A DNA stretch of 64,000 bases, taken from a virus. The translations under genes were made by a program, and so were the position numbers. The stretch's first letter is position 1. Every line of letters begins with the position of its first letter. Below, one piece after another: positions 1 to 9,088 of the stretch. Below the pieces are notes generated by a model. It worked only from the letters and a program-made list of their open reading frames with translations. It did no database searches and was not told the DNA's origin. The stretch lies in IMG/VR virus record IMGVR_UViG_3300025009_000054, positions 32,001 to 96,000 of that record, one strand, 5' to 3'.

Positions 1-488
1 TCTGACAACGCCGGACCAATATCTTTACTCGCTTTATAGAAACATCTGGTGCCACGTGCGCCACTCGGTATGTGCACGAAGAAATGTTCCCACGTCTGCA
101 TACCAGATGTGAGCTGTGAGAAATTCTTATCTATTCCAGCTACCTTTTCGGAATGCAAAAATATATTTTCTATTGGTTTGGATTTTACTAATGCGGACAT
201 TGCATTAGCAACGACCTGATATGTATCATCACCAAGCGCGATATCCCAGATGCTCACAAGCTTACCGTCTATAATCGCGACAGTATCACCAACAGTCCGA
301 ATGAATTGCTTACAAGCCGTACAGTCGTACTCCGCACGTTCCTTGTATATAGGATTCGTACCTTCAGGAAAACTACTTAGGTACGTATCCCATAGGACAT
401 CCTTATCTACATCAGTTCTTAACATGTTGTACTGCGCCATAAGACTAAACTGTTTTGCTATAGCATCTTTGAAAATCTTGAATTGCAT
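1..488 (-). CDS. Conserved phage hypothetical protein, N-terminal part (runs off window start)
   Basis: Not in the ORF track. Manual translation from ATG at 488: MQFKIFKDAIAKQFSLM...LWDTYLSSFPEGTNPIYKERAEYDCTACKQFI..., open to position 1. Confidence 0.75.
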   Translation of the reverse strand, partial: MQFKIFKDAIAKQFSLMAQYNMLRTDVDKDVLWDTYLSSFPEGTNPIYKERAEYDCTACKQFIRTVGDTVAIIDGKLVSIWDIALGDDTYQVVANAMSALVKSKPIENIFLHSEKVAGIDKNFSQLTSGMQTWEHFFVHIPSGARGTRCFYKASKDIGPALS

Positions 489-530
489 GTGATTACCTTT
501 CTTAATATTATTTACGTTTTACTAAATATT

Positions 531-833
531 CTATTTCCCGCCAATCTTTATAACCGCGTTGCATGCTGTACAATCCCAATCGCTACTACGTGGGTACTGC
601 AGCATCGGCTTACCACATATAGAGCATCGAATAGCAGACACCACAACATATTCTACTACGCGTTGTGCGAATTGCACAGTAATCTTCTCCATGTCTGGAG
701 TCTTTTCTACGATTTGATGGTGAAGAGGTAGTCGTATCTTAAACTCTTCATCGCTGAATAATTCAGTATTTACAATTCTACCATCAACGCCCTTATGCCG
801 TACACTAAACATTCTATTTGAAATTTCCATCAT
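531..833 (-). CDS. Hypothetical protein with C-terminal Zn-ribbon
   Basis: CSIC...CTAC motif pair; packed in the minus-strand run. Confidence 0.6.
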   Translation of the reverse strand: MMEISNRMFSVRHKGVDGRIVNTELFSDEEFKIRLPLHHQIVEKTPDMEKITVQFAQRVVEYVVVSAIRCSICGKPMLQYPRSSDWDCTACNAVIKIGGK

Positions 834-991
834 TCATCACCATATTCACTAGTAATGTTTATAGCTACAGCAATTAACTCTTGTCTTGCTTTATTCTCAC
901 TATCTGATAGATCTTCATCATCCAGGTGCCTGACGCAATCCTTCAGGTCGTTCAATGTGTTCTCGAATCTGCAGTAGCCCATGTTCCCCAT
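830..991 (-). CDS. Small phage protein (MxNMxYCRFENT-type), 53 aa
   Basis: Below the ORF-track cutoff. Manual translation MGNMGYCRFENTLNDLKDCVRHLDDEDLSDSENKARQELIAVAINITSEYGDE; its stop overlaps the next ATG (ATGA). Confidence 0.65.
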   Translation of the reverse strand: MGNMGYCRFENTLNDLKDCVRHLDDEDLSDSENKARQELIAVAINITSEYGDE

Positions 992-1205
992 AGCCTTTTC
1001 TCCCTTCCAGTAATTGTTCTAAAGTCCATGTACCAGGTATTCGATCAGCCCGTATATCGCCACAATCTCTACACTTCTTTAATATTATTGTATACCTCTC
1101 TATCGGCTGATCTAAAATATTTTTCCTTATTTCTTGCTGTGAATCGATGATCTTCCAACTATGTTTATGTAACCACATTAGTAATCTCATTCCCATCTTT
1201 ATCAA
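918..1205 (-). CDS. Hypothetical protein (HxHxW...CxxC)
   Basis: ORF track; true start probably downstream; tail overlaps 830..991. Confidence 0.45.
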   Translation of the reverse strand: MIKMGMRLLMWLHKHSWKIIDSQQEIRKNILDQPIERYTIILKKCRDCGDIRADRIPGTWTLEQLLEGRKGYGEHGLLQIREHIERPEGLRQAPG

Positions 1206-1761
1206 GCTCTATATCGATACCAATGCCAAATCGATTCTCAATTATTCTTGGATCCGAAATGCCATTTTGTTTATCGTACCAGGTATTGAATGCCAGATCG
1301 TCTGGTGCTAATACCCATTTAATGAGGTGATCTGTTTCATCTGTATCACCATTGAATCCATCACCAGTCACCTCATAGCAGACTGGCAATTCTTGACCTT
1401 TCGGTAGTTCCTGATTAATACTCATTACCTGTGGCACTATAGTCTCGATATAACCTGCCGCATCCTCAGTCATATTTGATATGCGATATCCGCCATCCGG
1501 CATGAAGTATGCGACTGTATCTCTTCTACTAAATTCCTTTATACTAGCGGCTAGACTACTCAACATTAGCGCGATGCTGTTAACTTCATCACGGAAACCT
1601 CTAATTTCAGCCTCAGCCATTATCTGGTGTCTCTCCTCGGACGTGGGTATAGGTTTGAGATTTCTAGAGAAGCACTCTTTACAGATCGTATCTACGCTAG
1701 AATTTGGGCATCCGCACTTGAGACATTCCATTAATCTATCCACTAGTAGCCATCCTCCCAT
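1165..1761 (-). CDS. Hypothetical protein, N-terminal Zn-finger
   Basis: CLKC...CKEC motif. Confidence 0.6.
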   Translation of the reverse strand: MGGWLLVDRLMECLKCGCPNSSVDTICKECFSRNLKPIPTSEERHQIMAEAEIRGFRDEVNSIALMLSSLAASIKEFSRRDTVAYFMPDGGYRISNMTEDAAGYIETIVPQVMSINQELPKGQELPVCYEVTGDGFNGDTDETDHLIKWVLAPDDLAFNTWYDKQNGISDPRIIENRFGIGIDIELDKDGNEITNVVT

Positions 1762-1982
1762 CTTTCCCCAGCATATGTGGGGTCAAAGTCTGAGGGAGCA
1801 TTCACCGGATATTTGGTACGCTGTTCCTCATCAAACTTACATCGCTCTTTCCAGTGGTTCTCACAGTACGGGTAGCTTCTATAGCCACTGACCGATGTTG
1901 CACTTTCTACCATTTGATACGTTACAGGACCACTACAATTTCCTCTGTGGTCTTCTCTACATACAAGTGCCTCTTCTCCCAC
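1743..1982 (-). CDS. Hypothetical protein
   Basis: Cys/His motif and a C-terminal PSDFDPTYAGERW; tight packing. Confidence 0.55.
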   Translation of the reverse strand: MGEEALVCREDHRGNCSGPVTYQMVESATSVSGYRSYPYCENHWKERCKFDEEQRTKYPVNAPSDFDPTYAGERWEDGY

Positions 1983-2258
1983 TTATTCCTCCATATCTGG
2001 TAAGTCTACCACCATGTTAGCCATAGCATGACCACAATCAGAAAGAAATTTAATCTTACCATCAGTAATATATGAATGGCAATGTACGTCTTGTGGTGTA
2101 TTTGCATTGACATTTATTGATGGCTGAAATGTTGGTTTTTCATAGTCACCATTGAACGTCCATCTATCATCAACCATATGCCATGTGTTACATGCTGGAC
2201 ATTGGATGGCATAGCCAACATGTTTGCCATCCTCTATCATATTTAATACTTTAGACAT
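1983..2258 (-). CDS. DUF6527-like small metal-binding protein
   Basis: CPAC..H...WTFNGDYEKPTFQPSI...CHSYITDGKIKFLSDCGH pattern; GGAGG RBS. Confidence 0.65.
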   Translation of the reverse strand: MSKVLNMIEDGKHVGYAIQCPACNTWHMVDDRWTFNGDYEKPTFQPSINVNANTPQDVHCHSYITDGKIKFLSDCGHAMANMVVDLPDMEE

Positions 2259-2266
2259 CTGGCCTC

Positions 2267-2476
2267 CTAATTATCAGATTTTGTACGCTCAAGACCCCAG
2301 AAGTATCTACCCCAGTGTCTATCTAGGGTCTGCGTTAATACCTCGTCTGGTACAGAACATTCTTCAAAGCATTTGTTTGCGGTGTTGTAGGAGTCCGTGA
2401 CTACCGATACTCCTAGTGATTCTAGGTGCGGTCCATCAATATCGGGGTCTTGTGAGTAGATCCAGCCTTTGAACAT
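2267..2476 (-). CDS. Hypothetical protein
   Basis: GGAGG RBS; ORF track. Confidence 0.6.
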   Translation of the reverse strand: MFKGWIYSQDPDIDGPHLESLGVSVVTDSYNTANKCFEECSVPDEVLTQTLDRHWGRYFWGLERTKSDN

Positions 2477-2484
2477 CGCGCCTC

Positions 2485-3054
2485 CTATGTCGTTTTATTT
2501 ATCTCCGCTGCTATGGCACCCAATCTTTTCTCTACGCCTATGTTGATACGTCTCTGCACCGATAGCTCAATGGCAGCATTAATCATATTATCAAGATCTA
2601 GGCTATCAATCTTCTCTTCGATACGCTTATTGAGTTCGGTGTATTTAGCGGATACTGTCGCATTAAGTTTATCTGGCGAAAACTCAGCATATATATCCTG
2701 CATTTCTGATTTTAGACACTCATTGAACATCTTGATAGCTTCGGCCTTTAGCGTTCTATTCCACGAGTTAGATCTACTTTTTTCGTAGTACAGGCTATCT
2801 ACGTACATCTTAGCTGCATCTGCGGCATTCTGTACCATCTTCGTATTTGCGACACCCTTTAGATATCTTGATGCGAACGATTGTACGATATTGTCTCTGA
2901 GTTCTACTTCCGCCTGTGAATCACCGCCAATGAGATCTACTAAATCCTGGTATCCAAGTTGAATGATAATTTTGGTGCGTCCACGTGGATCTCTTTCATT
3001 TTCTTCCATTAATTTACCCTCCGCGCTATATATATATGGTTCCTGAGATGTCAC
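2485..3054 (-). CDS. Hypothetical helical protein
   Basis: ORF track; likely start at the Met near 3009 behind GGAGG. Confidence 0.6.
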   Translation of the reverse strand: MTSQEPYIYSAEGKLMEENERDPRGRTKIIIQLGYQDLVDLIGGDSQAEVELRDNIVQSFASRYLKGVANTKMVQNAADAAKMYVDSLYYEKSRSNSWNRTLKAEAIKMFNECLKSEMQDIYAEFSPDKLNATVSAKYTELNKRIEEKIDSLDLDNMINAAIELSVQRRINIGVEKRLGAIAAEINKTT

Positions 3055-3265
3055 CGCTTTTATCGTACTTATCGAATATGCGGGTTTTACCGTTCTGTAT
3101 TATCGTTATGGTCTGAGTTCCTTTATCACCATCCGTAAATTCTTTCATTACAATCACTGTCTTTCCATCAGACCCAACGCACTTAGTTTCACGACTGTAA
3201 TCATCACAGCCACCTATAGCAATTAGTGTAAGTATGACAACTATGACAACTATGACACGCTTCAT
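3026..3265 (-). CDS. Putative lipoprotein
   Basis: MKR, hydrophobic stretch, then lipobox-like IGGC. Confidence 0.55.
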   Translation of the reverse strand: MKRVIVVIVVILTLIAIGGCDDYSRETKCVGSDGKTVIVMKEFTDGDKGTQTITIIQNGKTRIFDKYDKSGDISGTIYI

Positions 3266-3510
3266 GGTTCCTTCTCCAATCCGGCGACAAATTCCTTCAT
3301 AGCCTTCCTAGTATGTGGAATGCCGATCCTCTTACATGTTCTCCTAATAGCTACACTGTATAAATTCGCCGTTCCAGCTATCATAGCATCTACCATTTTC
3401 GCCGCTACTATCGGCATATTTTCTACTGGCCACGCATATTTATCAGGCAGTTCTATTACTACACGTTTCAGCTCTTCCTGGTATATCTGCAGAAATTCCT
3501 GCTTTGTCAT
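3262..3510 (-). CDS. Hypothetical protein
   Basis: GAGGTG RBS; ATGA overlap with the next gene. Confidence 0.6.
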   Translation of the reverse strand: MTKQEFLQIYQEELKRVVIELPDKYAWPVENMPIVAAKMVDAMIAGTANLYSVAIRRTCKRIGIPHTRKAMKEFVAGLEKEP

Positions 3511-3531
3511 TTAGCCACCTCTACAATCTAG

Positions 3532-3684
3532 CTATGGCATATTCCTATACCAATTAGTACCGTAAGCCCTCTTATTGACTTCATATTTTAAAATGCCAAT
3601 CAGTACCAATACTGCAACGCAAACGATGATATGGGTAGTTAGATAGTCGCCCATATCAATGATTTTATTTACAATTATACTCAT
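3532..3684 (-). CDS. Small single-pass membrane protein, 50 aa
   Basis: Manual translation MSIIVNKIIDMGDYLTTHIIVCVAVLVLIGILKYEVNKRAYGTNWYRNMP; GAGGTG RBS. Confidence 0.5.
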   Translation of the reverse strand: MSIIVNKIIDMGDYLTTHIIVCVAVLVLIGILKYEVNKRAYGTNWYRNMP

Positions 3685-3965
3685 TTAGCCACCTCTACGT
3701 ACAAACCATCAGGCCATGACAGGAATTCACGATTTCTATCTTTATTCCTGAGAACCCTCATGTTGATATTGACCACTTCAAATGGACCGTAATAGTACGG
3801 TTTTAGGTGGTCATTTTTATCACGTCTTTTACCAAGCTCATAAACTTGATCACCCTCACTTAATTCGCACCAAATCTTCGTTTCCATAGTACCAAGTTCT
3901 TCTGGCCAGGGCATTGTCATTCTCCTTACGCACGTAATACGCCAAATCCATGGCAATGTGGGCAA
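3681..3965 (-). CDS. Hypothetical protein
   Basis: ORF track; true start probably downstream of 3926. Confidence 0.5.
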   Translation of the reverse strand: MPTLPWIWRITCVRRMTMPWPEELGTMETKIWCELSEGDQVYELGKRRDKNDHLKPYYYGPFEVVNINMRVLRNKDRNREFLSWPDGLYVEVAK

Positions 3966-4858
3966 TCTTCTAGTGGTTCGTTAATATCCACCATGAGATC
4001 GTGTAGGTATGACTCAATCTTTTGCTCTAGATCTCTGTAGTTATCACCTTGGAATATCGGGCACGCTGGATAGCCCTTGTATAGACCATCTCTATTTCTA
4101 ATCGGGGCCATTCTGCACACTTCTATATCTCGATGTGTACGATACTGCGTTTGTTTTCTAGACTTTTTGCCAACTATGACTTCCGTTGTGTATGGTTCGG
4201 GTGAATCCAATCTTATATTCTTGGTCACCGTGAGACAGAAATCATAGTCATTCATCCTGGCGTGATGGCCATCGATATTTTCCCTGATATGATGCCTAAT
4301 GATGGCGTATGACTCCTCTGATGTAAGTTTACATGGCCTAGTCGCCAGCAATATATCTGGGAACAAGACTCGATCAATCACTTGATGAATAGCCGTATTA
4401 TCAGTTATTGTCTTTTTGATATTGCGTTCACCGTAGTCGTTATTTTTTGTAATGCTAAACGAGTATCCACGCAGGTCATCTACACTATCAACTTCCGCTA
4501 TTACAGAGATTGATAGCTGTTCATTGACATACTGTTCGGGAACCACGTCATATACCCTATAATACAAAGCAGATACATTATCATCTGGTGAATCTGATTC
4601 CATTGGTAGTATGTCTGTTGGAACGTAACCTTCTCTAAGACGCCATCCATGGTAATCTCTACTCTCTGGAATAACCAACTGACACGTTTCTGGCATCCCA
4701 TCAAGCGCAAACCACAGTTTATGGAATGTTGGCTGTGGTTTCTTACCATCAAACAAAAATGATGATATTACCGACTTATTGCTAACATAGGTTGCGGTAA
4801 CTTCTGATGTAGACGCGACGAGAACACTGGTTCCCATCTTGATACCAAGTAATTCCAT
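3926..4858 (-). CDS. Conserved phage hypothetical protein with C-terminal CxxCxGxG
   Basis: 310 aa; DYDFCLTV and CPHCHGFG motifs. Confidence 0.65.
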   Translation of the reverse strand: MELLGIKMGTSVLVASTSEVTATYVSNKSVISSFLFDGKKPQPTFHKLWFALDGMPETCQLVIPESRDYHGWRLREGYVPTDILPMESDSPDDNVSALYYRVYDVVPEQYVNEQLSISVIAEVDSVDDLRGYSFSITKNNDYGERNIKKTITDNTAIHQVIDRVLFPDILLATRPCKLTSEESYAIIRHHIRENIDGHHARMNDYDFCLTVTKNIRLDSPEPYTTEVIVGKKSRKQTQYRTHRDIEVCRMAPIRNRDGLYKGYPACPIFQGDNYRDLEQKIESYLHDLMVDINEPLEDCPHCHGFGVLRA

Positions 4859-4870
4859 TCCATGCCCCTC

Positions 4871-5332
4871 TTAGATTCTTCTATGCTTATTTCCAAACTC
4901 AAACCACTGTACTACTGGCTCATCTGGCTGCTCGTCTAATCCCCGTTTCGCAAGCTTATCTGCCATTTCATTTAACAGATTGCCAGAATGTCCCGCAGTC
5001 CATTTAAAATGTGGGTATACATTAAGCTTTTTAAACTCCTTGACATAGCCCTTAGCGCATACCTTGTTCGCTTTCCATTTTCCACTAGCCCAATGCGCAA
5101 CTCCGTTGTAGTCGTGCAAAATTGTGATATTATCACCGGTCACCATTTTAAGTGCTTCTATAACGGCAGTACACTCAGCCGCTACATTCGCGGATTCTGC
5201 CCATGACTGCCTGGTAAGTTTACACCCATAGCACGTGCCGATAATACTGCCATCATCACGTGCTACTACGAATGACCAACCGAACTTACCTTTATAGCTG
5301 CTACCATCAGTCGCTACTGTTATTCCCATCAA
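4871..5332 (-). CDS. rnhA: Ribonuclease HI
   Basis: TDGS, AEC, HDY, WTAGHSGNLLNEMADKLA give the RNase HI D-E-D-H-D catalytic set. Confidence 0.9.
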   Translation of the reverse strand: MMGITVATDGSSYKGKFGWSFVVARDDGSIIGTCYGCKLTRQSWAESANVAAECTAVIEALKMVTGDNITILHDYNGVAHWASGKWKANKVCAKGYVKEFKKLNVYPHFKWTAGHSGNLLNEMADKLAKRGLDEQPDEPVVQWFEFGNKHRRI

Positions 5333-5513
5333 TATCCTCGTCGCTCTTTACATTAATATGTAAACGCGAAGCGTACATGGTATTCCAGCAAACTTCCAAT
5401 TGAAGTAGACTCTTTAGTATTTTCTCCTTAATCATTTCATCCTGGCCGTCGATCTTGTTATCGATAGTCATTTCAACATGGATTACTTGTTTCACGAGTT
5501 TCACCTCCAGCAT
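5307..5513 (-). CDS. Hypothetical protein
   Basis: ORF track; packing. Confidence 0.45.
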   Translation of the reverse strand: MLEVKLVKQVIHVEMTIDNKIDGQDEMIKEKILKSLLQLEVCWNTMYASRLHINVKSDEDIDGNNSSD

Positions 5514-5688
5514 TCATTAGTCCGCGTATCTTGTCCCACGCTTCTACTATGTCACCGCGATCTTCGGAATCTGGTGGCATTACCATAAGTATAGACCCAA
5601 TAGCGCGGAGCGCGGTCGCCAACGTCTTTCCATCTATGGTGTAGTCAACTGCACTCTGGTCTAGGGGTGATTCACATATATTCGTCAA
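5473..5688 (-). CDS. Hypothetical protein
   Basis: ORF track; overlapping start/stop. Confidence 0.45.
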   Translation of the reverse strand: MTNICESPLDQSAVDYTIDGKTLATALRAIGSILMVMPPDSEDRGDIVEAWDKIRGLMNAGGETRETSNPC

Positions 5689-5984
5689 CTGTCTATATCC
5701 TTCCTATGATACTCAAACTCAACCTGTGGGTCACGTGGAATGTTATTTACAACAATCCATGATATTACACAGTGTGCCTCGCGGTATGTCTTCATACCCG
5801 CAATAGCGTCCATTTTACCAGCATATTGTCGGCTAAGTCTTTTGGAGAAATCAGGATTAGTTAATCCTGCTTTATCGTGTATGGTATATACTCTATGCAT
5901 TTTGTTATTCTCACTTTCAAATAATGCCGGTACTACGGAGCAATCATTGGTTTGCTGTTGTATTTTTGGTTGTGTGTTTATCAT
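5685..5984 (-). CDS. Hypothetical protein
   Basis: ORF track. Confidence 0.5.
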   Translation of the reverse strand: MINTQPKIQQQTNDCSVVPALFESENNKMHRVYTIHDKAGLTNPDFSKRLSRQYAGKMDAIAGMKTYREAHCVISWIVVNNIPRDPQVEFEYHRKDIDS

Positions 5985-6075
5985 GGTACAGCGTACTTCT
6001 CAAACGCATGCCACGATTTTAATTATGCCAATGTTACCATCCACATTTGACCTTTCAGCCAGTACCGGCAAACTG

Positions 6076-6270
6076 TTAATTACCGCATCTTACACTAATT
6101 GCATCACCACTTACCTTATTTAGTGTGCTTATACGTATAATCATGCCACACTTCCTACATGTTGATGTCCTACCACCAATAACGCACGATAGTGCGCCAA
6201 ATCTCGACATATCATGACCCAGACTTTTTGCTTGATCACGCGCATTACGAGATATTTTCTCATAAGTCAT
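6076..6270 (-). CDS. Small Cys/His protein
   Basis: GGAG RBS; GHDM...CRKC...C. Confidence 0.55.
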   Translation of the reverse strand: MTYEKISRNARDQAKSLGHDMSRFGALSCVIGGRTSTCRKCGMIIRISTLNKVSGDAISVRCGN

Positions 6271-6279
6271 GTATAACTC

Positions 6280-6546
6280 CTATCTGAGTATGTATGGAAT
6301 TAGTCTCGACATAGTACCCATTACCACACCCATTATGATCCCGTAGAGCAGATGAATAAAGAGTACTATGATCCGTTGCTTCCATTTATTCTTCTTATAC
6401 CATTCTCTAACTGTGATACTATCCTCATTTAGAGAACGTTGATGATCATTGCCTCTGCATAGTCCACGCGACCATCCTGACTTAATTGGTCGGGGTTGGG
6501 AACGTGATTGTTGGGTCACGCGTGAGTGTGAATTCTGCTCTACCAT
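6280..6546 (-). CDS. Hypothetical membrane protein
   Basis: C-terminal hydrophobic segment; start uncertain. Confidence 0.4.
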   Translation of the reverse strand: MVEQNSHSRVTQQSRSQPRPIKSGWSRGLCRGNDHQRSLNEDSITVREWYKKNKWKQRIIVLFIHLLYGIIMGVVMGTMSRLIPYILR

Positions 6547-7051
6547 GGAACTGGTAGCCTCCCAGCATTTCTATTGCTACTGCAGCGTCATCTGATGTCA
6601 TACCAGTATTGCAATCAACTCTTATTAACTCTGGCATGTCAAGCGGAAGGTCATCTAGTACCACAAACATAGAATCCTTTTCGCATAAACTCATGTGCTG
6701 ACGTATTTCATTAACACGCTCTACAAGCCCAACTTCATACAAATTCTTGCATTGTTCTAACTGTTCATCAGATACGTCTACGTCCTCGTCCGAAATAGTA
6801 TAGCCGTGAATCCTACCCTCACAATTTACTCCGCATATGAGTAACATGTGTTCAAATCCAAGTATTGTCATAGATTTTCGTAGTACCATATATCGCCACG
6901 CTGATGATATTACTATTTTCACATCAGGCACCGCATCAATTATCGCATTGAGGTTATCAACACATTCCTTTTTGATACCGGAATAACCGTTAGCATGTGA
7001 TATGTGATCGTTTAATACTCCATCTATATCTAAAAATATATATCTATCCAT
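6482..7051 (-). CDS. HAD-superfamily protein (Swiss-army-knife RNA-repair HAD type)
   Basis: IFLDIDGVLN motif I, ISSAWR motif II, VVLDD motif IV. Confidence 0.8.
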   Translation of the reverse strand: MDRYIFLDIDGVLNDHISHANGYSGIKKECVDNLNAIIDAVPDVKIVISSAWRYMVLRKSMTILGFEHMLLICGVNCEGRIHGYTISDEDVDVSDEQLEQCKNLYEVGLVERVNEIRQHMSLCEKDSMFVVLDDLPLDMPELIRVDCNTGMTSDDAAVAIEMLGGYQFHGRAEFTLTRDPTITFPTPTN

Positions 7052-7495
7052 TTACATCTCCATACCGATGAGGTTATGCTTCACTATATATTCCCTGAAT
7101 TCGCGCTGCAGTTTCATCATTTCTTTGCCAACTTCTTCTAATGCTACCTCAGCATTATCAATTGCCCCTTGATAATGCGAGATTTGATAACGTGATAGTC
7201 TAGTCTGTGATATCATCTTGCTGAGATCCTGTATGTCGTTAAGTATTGTACGATATTTAGCGCGGACTTCATCGCGCTTCATAGCCATCTTCTTTGCTAC
7301 TTCTGGTGGTGATTCGACATCAGGCTCCGTGACTGTCACATTCTTATTTAGTATATTTATAGCACGAGCTATGCCGTCATGGTGACCTCTATAATACGTG
7401 TGGAGTCCATTGCCACTTGTATCCCGCTTATATCTTGCATGATCTTTTATACCCTGAAGCGCAATTATGATAGTGTCGTACTCCTGCTGTGTCAT
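7052..7495 (-). CDS. Hypothetical coiled-coil protein
   Basis: ORF track; heptad-like C-terminus. Confidence 0.55.
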   Translation of the reverse strand: MTQQEYDTIIIALQGIKDHARYKRDTSGNGLHTYYRGHHDGIARAINILNKNVTVTEPDVESPPEVAKKMAMKRDEVRAKYRTILNDIQDLSKMISQTRLSRYQISHYQGAIDNAEVALEEVGKEMMKLQREFREYIVKHNLIGMEM

Positions 7496-7515
7496 CTAAT
7501 GCCCCCCTATAGTCG

Positions 7516-8025
7516 CTATGATTGCATCGGAGCATCATATTTGTAGGCTCCGATTGCTATTAATATTGCTGCCGTTGTGAGCAGTCTTGGATCTCCAGTT
7601 GTGCATATGGCTCGTACGTAGTCGCCCATATCGTTTAAGGCTATGCCATTTGATGCCGAGTTTATTTCCGTGATATGCAATGCTGCATCGCGGGTTTCAG
7701 CATCCGATAGGATTGTGCGGACCGTATCGCGTGATACCGGTTGTCCAGACTCCGCTAATCTCCCCAAATAGTACGCCACCATGCATGGTCTACAACAAAA
7801 ACTGTGTTCTTCTTCATTATCAATTACAGAGAGCCATCCATCGGGTATGTTTACGTTCTCTACTGGCTGTTCTACATCTAATCCGCAATGATTACAAAAG
7901 TATTCCTCTACTTTTGTATCATCAGACTGTCCTCCATGCAGTACACGGAATATTTGATCAGCCATATTTACACCCCCGACAGCATCTTTACCGATCTTCG
8001 TATCCAGAGTTGGATACTGTGTCAT
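7516..8025 (-). CDS. Hypothetical protein with CxxC...CCxxC Zn-finger
   Basis: GGAGG RBS; first gene downstream of the motif at 8073-8108. Confidence 0.6.
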   Translation of the reverse strand: MTQYPTLDTKIGKDAVGGVNMADQIFRVLHGGQSDDTKVEEYFCNHCGLDVEQPVENVNIPDGWLSVIDNEEEHSFCCRPCMVAYYLGRLAESGQPVSRDTVRTILSDAETRDAALHITEINSASNGIALNDMGDYVRAICTTGDPRLLTTAAILIAIGAYKYDAPMQS

Positions 8026-8072
8026 ACAATTACCTCCGTAAGTTTCAAGGGATGCACACCGCGCCCTCTAAG

Positions 8073-8108
8073 AGTGTAGACGTACAGCAAGGAGCGAATG
8101 GGGCCAAT
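8073..8108 (-). promoter_or_regulatory. Candidate phage (ECF-sigma-type) promoter, copy 1
   Basis: Minus strand ATTGGC-N17-GTACGTCTACACT, intergenic, 48 nt upstream of the ATG at 8025. Confidence 0.6.
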
Positions 8109-8159
8109 TTCGGTTCATGTCTGTTACGGCCAGGTCGGACTTCCGTATGTTCTTGAGGA

Positions 8160-8197
8160 TCGTGACGGGAGACCTGACGATGATACTCCCGTCACGA
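8160..8197. terminator. 12-bp perfect stem-loop (terminator or processing hairpin)
   Basis: TCGTGACGGGAG-(14 nt)-CTCCCGTCACGA, just downstream of the 8243..8836 stop. Confidence 0.5.
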
Positions 8198-8242
8198 AGG
8201 ATACAGCTTTTTTATCAAAAAGGACTCTTGAGGTCTTAAGGT

Positions 8243-8836
8243 TTATTGGACATCGTCCTTGCCTTCTTTGAAAAGAGACTCGAAGCTCTTGATATGCAAT
8301 GAACGACTACCCATCGCAAATCCTATGATCCAAGCAAGTGTAACCATATTAAGAGCTACTGCCTCCTCAGATGCCTGTTTATATCCATTCATATCACGCA
8401 TAATTCTTAGTATGAAGTCTAACATCGCGCTAGCATCGGTTCTGTCCATTTTACTACCGTATATTGGAGATGCTATATCAAGTAAATTAGCTGTAGCCTT
8501 ACGACCCTCATTATTAATTATCATCCGATCTGTACCGGTGACCACAGATCGGATGAATGCCACTAACATATCGCGCATAAACACTGTTGGTGGCATTCCT
8601 GTGATATTACTCAAGTGTAATATATACTTATCCATCATTGAACATTTTTCACAGTGGCCTTCGCACATACTACATGATTTGTTTATAGAGTCGAATGTGA
8701 ATGGCATATCCGCGTCATCAATACTGGTGAATGGCGAACCGTACTCCAGCTTCTCCCTGTAGATTTTCGATTTCTTCATCAGTAAACACATTACTCTTAA
8801 CGATTGCTTCCATCGTGGCAATGGGTTCACTTTCAA
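8243..8836 (-). CDS. Hypothetical protein
   Basis: Cys cluster CSMCEGHCEKC; true start probably downstream. Confidence 0.55.
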   Translation of the reverse strand: MKVNPLPRWKQSLRVMCLLMKKSKIYREKLEYGSPFTSIDDADMPFTFDSINKSCSMCEGHCEKCSMMDKYILHLSNITGMPPTVFMRDMLVAFIRSVVTGTDRMIINNEGRKATANLLDIASPIYGSKMDRTDASAMLDFILRIMRDMNGYKQASEEAVALNMVTLAWIIGFAMGSRSLHIKSFESLFKEGKDDVQ

Positions 8837-9013
8837 TCTCGTCGTGGCTTAAGTCAATGCGGTGATTCTTGCGTAGGTATGCATCCTTGTAGATTTGCGC
8901 CATGCATTCTTTTACATCAGAGATTGATGGCTTCCTATTGCCACCGTTATCAATCTCACTTTTATCCATGGATTGCTGCCCTAAATTTTTAAATTCCTGG
9001 GTGTTCTCGGTCA
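8718..9013 (-). CDS. Hypothetical acidic protein
   Basis: Start moved to MTENTQ behind AGGAGG. Confidence 0.55.
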
Positions 9014-9088
9014 TTGGACCCCTCCTAAAATTATTCTGGGTGATATATAAGACCGAGAACACCTAAAATGCCAATTCTTTAGAGGTCA

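Noticed and set aside
3575-3600. ATTGGCATTTT...GTCAA as another promoter copy (a similar ATTGGCATTTT lies near 9065-9075)
   Set aside because: The 3.6-kb site lies inside a small CDS; both have different spacing and lack CGTCTACAC.
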